NCBI GenBank assembly: GCA_004764695.1
Contig: SMSO01000032.1
Location: 6,604,483 to 6,668,482, forward strand
DNA: 64,000 bases
Reading direction: 5' to 3'
Origin: Schizochytrium sp. TIO01
Lineage: Eukaryota; Protista; Bigyra: Labyrinthulomycetes
The notes below the pieces were generated by a model, which saw only the letters and a program-made list of their open reading frames with translations, had not been told where the DNA came from and did not search any database. Each line of letters opens with the position of its first letter. Position 1 is the first letter of the stretch. Positions 56,865 through 64,000 of this stretch are shown in pieces. Both the position numbers and the translations under genes were made by a program.

Positions 56865-59627
56865 TCAGAAACCTGCAGCGCGGTGCACATATCGCATTTC
56901 TGATTGGCATGTGATAGGAAGGAACCAGGTGGACTCGCCAACTTGTTCTGCTCTATCATTAGTCATTTTCAGGGTACCAAAACCCTCAATGCCGTCTCCA
57001 CGGAACCGACCTTCATAAACGGCTCCATTAGAGAACGAATAAGTACCACGGCCCTCTTTAACACCTCCACGGTACGCTCCCGCAAAGTTGCCATGGGTGC
57101 CGTAGGAACACTCACCACGACCATCAAAACGATGGTCGCGGAACTGGCCATCATAGTAACAAACATCCTTGACATTAAGGATGCCACGTCCACACCACTG
57201 ATCCTTTGACCAGTCGCCTGAATAGCCACTGCCATCAGGCATAAAGAGGTCACCAACACCGTGACGAAAGCCACGACGCCAATCCCCAACAAAAGTGCCG
57301 CCAGAAGCAGCATGAAAGTAAATACCATGGCCGTGGAATCGTCCTTCGCGGAATTCGCCATCATAGCGATCTCCAGACTCGAAGAGATAAGTACCTCGAC
57401 CGGACATTGTATTGTCAGCAAATTCGCCTTGATAAATGAGCTCGCCACATGCGTTCATCAAAAGACCCTTGCCATACATTTTCCCGCCAGCCCACAGGCC
57501 TTCATAAATCATGCCATTCTCCAAAAGACAGATGCCATAGCCATGGCGGCGGCCGAGGTCGTCAAACTCACCTTCATAAATCTGGCCAGCGCCTGTCTTA
57601 AAAGTATCTGGCATCGCAGCTGCCTCTTCAGCAGTATAAAATGGCAGAGGAACTGATTGTGAAACACTCGATGAGCAACGTACCAAGGAGCCTGTTCCCG
57701 CACTACTAGAAGCTACACTGCTTGCGCCGGTGATTGAAGAGGAAGATGAGCTCAAGCGACGAGGGTGCTGCTTATGGACAGAACGCTGATCGCGAATAAG
57801 CTGACGCACAAGTGCCACAGTTGCCTTGTGAGCCTTTTTTCGGATCGAGGCAGATCTGCCTTGGTCAAACGGCTGAGGCAGGCCTAAAGTACCATCTGAA
57901 AACACCACCTTTGCATCAGCAGAAAGGTCAGGAGACAAAAATCCTCCATTAAATGCGATTGCAGCCGTTGCTGGCGTCAAGTGCCCATCTGAGATTGCAG
58001 CCATCGAAATGGAATCGACTGGTGTAGACGATGGGCGTCCTGCTCCTTTACCGTGCTTCGCAATCAAGACGTAGCTCCGCTTGCTAGTATCAAGCATGAG
58101 CATGCGGTTTGGCACGCGTTGCCGTTTGCTCGCACGCACGCCGTTCAGACAGCGATCGAACTCAATTTCATCAGATCGGCCCCACTTGCGACCAACGGTG
58201 CGATCGCCATTTACACTGCTGTTGCTACAACCCGTGTTGTTGTTTCCACAAGAATTGTTCGGCAAGGCTGCTTCACGCGGGAGATATGCTTTGTCAGATG
58301 TGAATTCACCAGTCTTGCGATCAAGGGAACCTTTCAAGGTAAATCTGCCAAAGCGGTTGCGCCCAACACCATCGACAGACAGAATAGTGGATCCAGCTTC
58401 CGCACAGGGTACAAAAGTGACCAAAAACTTTTCGGGTACGCTGAGCACTTTCTTAGTGCTACGGCGCTTCTTTTTGCGTTCTACGTGCGCCGGGTTTGCC
58501 ATGGTGAAAGAGCCTGACCAAACACACTCCGTATTCTCTGGAAGGGAGTCAAGGGTAGTACTTTGCGGCACAGGCGCTGCTCCCTTTTCCTTGGAGTTTC
58601 CCTTCTCTGCACTGGTTGATGACCCAGGCCCAGATGGGCCACCTACGGCTTGAGTTTGACCAGCCAAAGAGTCTGATGTCTGTGCTGCTAGCTGGGAAGA
58701 ATTTGCCTTGGAGTTAGAAGCAGGTAATGTGGAGGAGGAAGAGGAAGAAGAAGAAGAAGATGATGATGATGATGACGATGACGATGGTTGTACAGAGGCT
58801 TCGGCAGTTGCCGAGGTAGTCAGCTCTACAGTATCGCTTTTCTCCATTAAGTAGCTTACTTTGCCAAGAACGCTTTCCTGAAAGTGCCACGTTCCTGTGA
58901 GCACGAAGCGTCCACTATCATCAACCTCGAGTTTGCATTGCATATTCACGGTGTCAGCTTCTCTCCTTGCTTGCTCTTCTGCGGTCTCATCCTCCATTGT
59001 TGTTTTCGTCACGATTTCGTCAGTAGATTCTTCCTTGTGTTTCTTGATAAGAGTCTGTTTGGCGTCCACTTCTGTTGGGCTTGTAAAATGCTCCGCATGC
59101 GAGTGGTCTACGCTATGGGCATCTGTATGTTCGCTTGCAGGTGACTTGCCGCTCTCTATATCCTTTTCCAAAGGTTCTTCCGTTTTCTGAGCCCTATCCA
59201 TATACCCCTGAGTGTCCTTGTTGTCGCCCGCTTTACCCTTCGCATCGACCTTATCATCCTTTTGCATTACGTGCTTCTTGCCTTCAGATACTTTGTCCTG
59301 CTCAGAGTTTCTGGAACCATTAACGGCACCTTCCTTTGTTTTCTTCAGATGGTCATCCAGGCCGTTTTCGATGTCGCTGTGACCGCTACTGTTCTTCAGA
59401 TGATTGCTGCTGTCGGAGCCTATGTCTTTGTCATCGACTGTGCCAGCTCCCAGGTCATCTTGATGGTTTTCATCATCTTTGACATCAGAATCACATGTTT
59501 TTTTCGTACCGGCGTCACGTTCATGATGTGTCCTTGCGCGCCGGCGTTTGTCCTCGACGTCGATGCATCCCGAGAGCGAGGAGAGCCCTGGCGTCATGGC
59601 GGAGAGGCGCTTCGCCAGCTCCACCAT
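56865..59627 (-). CDS. MORN-repeat protein with a long low-complexity N-terminus, 920 aa
   Basis: About 9 YxGxW/F..G..HGxG repeats in the C-terminal ~220 aa; poly-Ser tracts; basic cluster RKKKRRSTKK. Confidence 0.88.
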   Translation of the reverse strand: MVELAKRLSAMTPGLSSLSGCIDVEDKRRRARTHHERDAGTKKTCDSDVKDDENHQDDLGAGTVDDKDIGSDSSNHLKNSSGHSDIENGLDDHLKKTKEGAVNGSRNSEQDKVSEGKKHVMQKDDKVDAKGKAGDNKDTQGYMDRAQKTEEPLEKDIESGKSPASEHTDAHSVDHSHAEHFTSPTEVDAKQTLIKKHKEESTDEIVTKTTMEDETAEEQARREADTVNMQCKLEVDDSGRFVLTGTWHFQESVLGKVSYLMEKSDTVELTTSATAEASVQPSSSSSSSSSSSSSSSSSSTLPASNSKANSSQLAAQTSDSLAGQTQAVGGPSGPGSSTSAEKGNSKEKGAAPVPQSTTLDSLPENTECVWSGSFTMANPAHVERKKKRRSTKKVLSVPEKFLVTFVPCAEAGSTILSVDGVGRNRFGRFTLKGSLDRKTGEFTSDKAYLPREAALPNNSCGNNNTGCSNSSVNGDRTVGRKWGRSDEIEFDRCLNGVRASKRQRVPNRMLMLDTSKRSYVLIAKHGKGAGRPSSTPVDSISMAAISDGHLTPATAAIAFNGGFLSPDLSADAKVVFSDGTLGLPQPFDQGRSASIRKKAHKATVALVRQLIRDQRSVHKQHPRRLSSSSSSITGASSVASSSAGTGSLVRCSSSVSQSVPLPFYTAEEAAAMPDTFKTGAGQIYEGEFDDLGRRHGYGICLLENGMIYEGLWAGGKMYGKGLLMNACGELIYQGEFADNTMSGRGTYLFESGDRYDGEFREGRFHGHGIYFHAASGGTFVGDWRRGFRHGVGDLFMPDGSGYSGDWSKDQWCGRGILNVKDVCYYDGQFRDHRFDGRGECSYGTHGNFAGAYRGGVKEGRGTYSFSNGAVYEGRFRGDGIEGFGTLKMTNDRAEQVGESTWFLPITCQSEMRYVHRAAGF

Positions 59628-59651
59628 GTCTCGCTGAGCCGCGCTGCGGCA

Positions 59652-59741
59652 GCGGATGGCCTACACCAGGGGCTTATCAGGTTACGCTCTTCGCGCGCGG
59701 ATGGCCTACACCAGGGGCTTATCAGGTTACGCTCTTCGCGC
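59652..59741. repeat. Perfect 45-bp tandem duplication
   Basis: GCGGATGGCCTACACCAGGGGCTTATCAGGTTACGCTCTTCGCGC occurs at 59652 and 59697. Confidence 0.97.
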
Positions 59742-60693
59742 TAGGAGTCCCAGCTCGAGCGGACTCCGCACTCTTCAAGCCGGGCTTCAGATGGGAATCC
59801 AAAATCCAAAATCGGTCTTCTTTAGTTTCAAATTGCGACCGATGAGTTTCGACGGCGGGCCGAAACCAGTCGCCAAGGGGCCTATGAGGCGCCTGGGGAG
59901 ATCTCGAGGACCGTCGGGACCACGGAGCAACGAGGAATGTCGCAGGTCAGGGCGGAGGCCTCGCGCTCCGCCTCGATCCGCAGTGCCCAAACAGTAGGGA
60001 AAGTTGGCGGCAGCTTGGTCTTTTGGACATCGAGGCGGGAGTCGATCTTCCGCAGTGGAGGCCACTCTCACTCTCACTGAGAAAATTAGCAGAGCTACCT
60101 CCCCCTAGCTCATTCGACTTTCCCGACCACTGCGGGAAAACCTCTCCTCAGATGGACAACACCTGTCCAGTCTACTGTATTGTTGTAAGGTAAATCAAAA
60201 CCTAAAGTGGGAGCAGTAAAAAAGGTCGCCGCGGTGGTTATCTCCTAACCGTAGATATTGTCACTAGGGTGGTGGCCTGTTTATGGGTGGGCGTAATTTC
60301 AGAGAGACGCCTCTCATCATCCACGTCCATTCAGGATATTAACCACTGTGGTAAACATCCGCGAACTCTCCCCTTTACCTCCCCGCTCAAATTCTGTTCA
60401 GCTCCCACATTCCCTCTCGGGTCAATTCCCACACTATTCCCGCCTCTCCTCTTCCTTTCACTGGACGAAATGACGTGGCATGTCAATGTTCCACCGGCCG
60501 GAGTTTCCTCTGTGCGTGGCGCTACTTTTAGATACAAGTCCGCCTGGTGCACCATACTTGGCCGTATCAGTTGAATCTGAGCTCCAGGGAAGGAGGCGAA
60601 ATCGTTTTCCTTCAAATGAAAAATCTTGAAACTAAGAGAGACAAAATAAACAAACTAATTAACAAATTAATCAACAAACTAATTAACAAATAT

Positions 60694-60743
60694 ATTAATT
60701 AATTAATTAATCGATTAATTAATTAATTAATTAATCGATTAAT
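60694..60743. repeat. AT-rich overlapping palindromes, (TTAA)n with two TCGA cores
   Basis: 60694-60731 and 60706-60743 are each perfect 38-bp palindromes. Confidence 0.9.
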
Positions 60744-60830
60744 GAACAGAGCGAAAGAAGAGTGGAAAGAAATCCGAAACACCTGATTCAGAAGCAGACA
60801 GACAGAGAGACCTCTGCGAAGGAGCGGTCT

Positions 60831-60832
<2 letters not shown>

Positions 60833-60876
<44 letters not shown>
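60833..60876. repeat. (GCTT)11 microsatellite
   Basis: Read directly. Confidence 0.95.
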
Positions 60877-60878
<2 letters not shown>

Positions 60879-61131
60879 CTGCGGAGCCGCCTCGCCTCTT
60901 GAGGGCGGGAGGGCCCCGAGTGCGAGGCCGGCCAGCCTGAGGCGAGACGGAGAGAGCCTCGAGGCCGCAGCCTTCCTTCAGGCCGGCAGAAAGCGCCTCC
61001 CTCACTCAGAGCGCAGACTACCTATCACTAGGAACCCCTACTAGGGCGAGCGAGCTAGGCAGACAGTAAGTAAGTGGTAGGCGCCCGCCCACTTAGAAGC
61101 GTTGGGTACGTTAGTTAGTTAGGTATGGTTT

Positions 61132-61241
61132 CCAATTCAATTCAATTCAATTCAATTCAATTCAATTCAATTCAATTCAATTCAACTCAATTCATTCAAT
61201 GATTCATTTCGATCCAATTCAATCCAATTCAATTCAATTCA
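61132..61241. repeat. (AATTC)n microsatellite with a degenerate tail
   Basis: Read directly. Confidence 0.93.
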
Positions 61242-61506
61242 AAGCTCATCTGTTTACACATCGATCGATCGTCTCTCATCATCTAATTTAAACTGAGAAC
61301 AAATACTCACGATAGGCAGCGTAGCCACCTGCTAGGCACCTCCTACTGCGCCTAGCTACTACCTACATGTTGAAAAGCTTTGGATTCATTGATTGCTTCC
61401 AGATGAGATGACGCCGCTAAGGTACTGCTAATGTACCTTCTAGCTGCCTCCTTCTTTCTTCCTGATGACAAAGCAGGTAGGTACGTAGGTATCTCTTGAT
61501 CTCCTC

Positions 61507-61537
<31 letters not shown>

Positions 61538-61538
61538 C

Positions 61539-61570
<32 letters not shown>
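61507..61570. repeat. (CTAT)n microsatellite
   Basis: Read directly. Confidence 0.95.
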
Positions 61571-62430
61571 TGAGTCAAAATCTTTAAACTTGTACTTCCA
61601 CTGGAGAGACCTAGTACCTACCTACTACTTACTCTGCCGCCTGGCTGATGGGGGGTGATCTGGGTACCACCAAGTTACTAGGCGGGCCAAGGTTTGTTTT
61701 AACAGCCTTATCGCACAGAAGATCTTGATAAGGGGTGATACTAAGGTGTTTTATCTAGCTAGCATAACCAAAGTAGTTCTCTATTGGGCCTTGCTGCTAG
61801 CACTGCATAGCACTTGGTTAGTAGTGGAGTGCTTACACTTGTAGCCATTGTCGAATTATAGCGGGGGAGAATATGTGTATTAGTATGCTGAGCATGAAAA
61901 GTCTCTGAACAGAGGAGGCAAACTTGTAAGATGCCGGTAGTACTAGTTAGATGTATAGTACCTCCGTAGCTAGGTATAGTAGGTGCGGAACGTTTGCTAG
62001 GATATAGTGTAAGGAGGCCTCTGCGTAAGAAGGAGATGCGGGTTTGTGAATTTCGAGAGGCAAAGAAAAGAACTGAGCAAAGAAAGGAAGCTGAGAAAGA
62101 GCGCCGCTGCGACGACAATCCCCGAAGAAGGACCCAGTCAATTATACTCGCACCATAGTTAACGCTCGAGCCAAACGCGGACTCGGGATACTTGCGCGGG
62201 CCTAGTGACTCACGCAGTCTCCTCAATCTACACGCGCCTGCAGAGCTCAGGCGTCTCGGACTCCTTCCAGCGTGTTGATCGACGGATACACATATATACA
62301 TACAAATACAATATTGTCGCAGTATCAGCAGTACTGTGTCGATAAGTTCGCAATCTGGAGGAGTACGTAGACATTGATCAACCTTGCTTTTGAGCGCATT
62401 TGTTGTTATCACACAAATTAGAAAGAGATC

Positions 62431-63312
62431 ATGGAAGCCCCTGAGGTTAAGCGCGCAAAGGAGTTGGTCTCCAAGGCTGAGTCCACACTCAAGTCGTGGA
62501 GCTGGTTTGGATCCTCCTCTGCGAAGTATGATGATGCCTGCGATTTGTACGGCAAGGCCGCCAACAACTATAAGATGGTCAAGCAATGGGGTGATGCTGC
62601 GACATGCTTCTTGAAGTGTGCTGAGATTAAAAATAAGCAGGAATCACAATTTGAGGCAGCATCCAATTATGTGCTCGCCGCAGAGATGCTCTCCAAGGTA
62701 GATCAAGGAAGATCCATTCCGCTCTACCGTGATGCAATTGCAATCTACTGCGAGCTCGGACGTTTTGGTACTGCCGCCAAGCATGCCGAGGCAGTGGCAG
62801 AAATGTACGAGCGTGACAACAACCTCGAGGAGTCTATGGCCTACTACCAGCAGGCCGCTGACTGCTACTCTGGTGAGAACTCCACTGCTCGCGCTGGCAA
62901 GTGCTTAGAGAAGGTCTCATTGCACGCTGCCATGCTTAACGACTATGCCAAAGCAATCCAGGGCTTTGAAAAGCTTGGAACCTCTGCTCTTGAAAGCAAT
63001 CTGCTCAAATTCAACGCCAAAAAGCACTTCTTGCACGCCGGATTTTGCGCTCTTGCTAGAAACGACACGGTAGCTGCTCAGAATGGCATTCAGCGCTACA
63101 GCGAACTTGATTTTACTTTTCGGGATAGCGCAGAGTGCAAACTGCTTGTTTCACTTACTGAAGCTTGTACGGAGATGGATGTTGATAAGTTTGCTGATGA
63201 GCTCTTCAAGTATGATTCTATTCGCAAGCTCGATCCTTGGGAGACCTCAATTCTTCTCCGTGTGAAGAATAGCCTCAACGAGACTGCCAGTGGAGAGGCT
63301 GACCTTTTGTAA
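62431..63312 (+). CDS. NAPA: Alpha-soluble NSF attachment protein (alpha-SNAP/Sec17)
   Basis: Aromatic membrane loop SWSWFG, KYDDACDLY.KAANNYK, GRFGTAAKH, LDPWETSILLRVK and C-terminal DLL. Confidence 0.96.
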   Translation: MEAPEVKRAKELVSKAESTLKSWSWFGSSSAKYDDACDLYGKAANNYKMVKQWGDAATCFLKCAEIKNKQESQFEAASNYVLAAEMLSKVDQGRSIPLYRDAIAIYCELGRFGTAAKHAEAVAEMYERDNNLEESMAYYQQAADCYSGENSTARAGKCLEKVSLHAAMLNDYAKAIQGFEKLGTSALESNLLKFNAKKHFLHAGFCALARNDTVAAQNGIQRYSELDFTFRDSAECKLLVSLTEACTEMDVDKFADELFKYDSIRKLDPWETSILLRVKNSLNETASGEADLL

Positions 63313-63585
63313 TCTCAGGAGTACACGTGATCTGCATGTCACCCTCTGTACCACGACCATCGTTATGAAGCCATAAACCTTCCTTACGCGATATCTACTT
63401 CGAAATGCTTACTACCACCCAACTACAAGGTGTCACATATCAAACCCGTATAAGAACTAAAATCGTTTTTTTAAGCATAATATAAAGTCGTAAAAGTGTA
63501 TTTCTGATATCAATCTGCTCTTCCGTATTCTTAACATAAAAGGTTTAGTTGTAACGCAAACCTTGCCATGCACATTTTCCCATCA

Positions 63586-64000
63586 TTATGGTGCCAATGG
63601 ACTTAAAAATTTAATTGTCCCAGCACATGTACCCATGAAAATTGTGTTAGAGGTGCAGTGCAGTGCAGTAATACTTTGGGTTGGTAGCGACCGATCCATT
63701 TCGTTCAAAGCATCAGTGCGGCTACGCTTTCCTCCGTCAACATCATTTATGTCCCGGGGTGTTTTATAAATAGTGCGCGCAGCACTTCGACCCATCATAC
63801 TGCCCATGAAGTTTACATTGCACAAAGACACACGACCGCAACTCGTGCCAAGGACAGCACAAAGCCGGTCTGGAGTAATTATGGAACATGTGACATAACT
63901 TTCTGGAGGTAATAGGGCATCTACCGAAATGGCAGGTGACTGAGATCCACTCGCCAAGTCATAAAGATCTACCACACCATCTTTCCCACAGATCGCAACA
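63586..64000 (-). CDS. WD40/beta-propeller protein, C-terminal part; the 5' end lies beyond the window
   Basis: The frame is open to the window edge (VAICGKDGVVDLYDL). Blades include VTCSIITPDRLCAVLGTSCGRVSL and ITALHCTSNTIFMGTCAGTIKF. Confidence 0.7.
   Translation of the reverse strand, partial: VAICGKDGVVDLYDLASGSQSPAISVDALLPPESYVTCSIITPDRLCAVLGTSCGRVSLCNVNFMGSMMGRSAARTIYKTPRDINDVDGGKRSRTDALNEMDRSLPTQSITALHCTSNTIFMGTCAGTIKFLSPLAP

Noticed and set aside
59652-59741. Direct repeats as a CRISPR array
   Set aside because: Head-to-tail with no spacer, no cas genes, eukaryotic context.
61759-62586. 275-aa minus-strand ORF overlapping the alpha-SNAP 5' end
   Set aside because: Non-ATG start, no motifs, and it spans promoter/UTR plus antisense coding sequence.

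Overview
Eukaryotic, intron-poor nuclear DNA with no prokaryotic operons, CRISPR arrays, rRNA or tRNA genes visible. Long single-exon genes, microsatellite-rich spacers and an SF-assemblin-like gene suggest a flagellated protist, probably a stramenopile such as a thraustochytrid (inference only). About 15 credible genes: FUSC/ArAE-type transporter, PH-containing PI4-kinase, a two-exon Get2/CAML-like protein, DNAJC11, a split cNMP-binding/ankyrin protein, a bacterial-type GlcG/HbpS protein ending in a PTS1 signal, an SLC38A11-like transporter, a His-rich TPR protein with a degenerate sulfatase-like region, SF-assemblin, a PH+ABRA/Costars protein, MPP beta, UPF1, a MORN protein, alpha-SNAP and a partial WD40 gene. 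A ~13 kb stretch (5.2-18 kb) has no intact gene, only decayed coding-like fragments. I see no multi-gene novel system. The best leads are single genes: the probably horizontally acquired, peroxisome-targeted GlcG, the Get2/CAML candidate and several unusual domain architectures. All family calls come from motif recognition by eye; no database searches were run.
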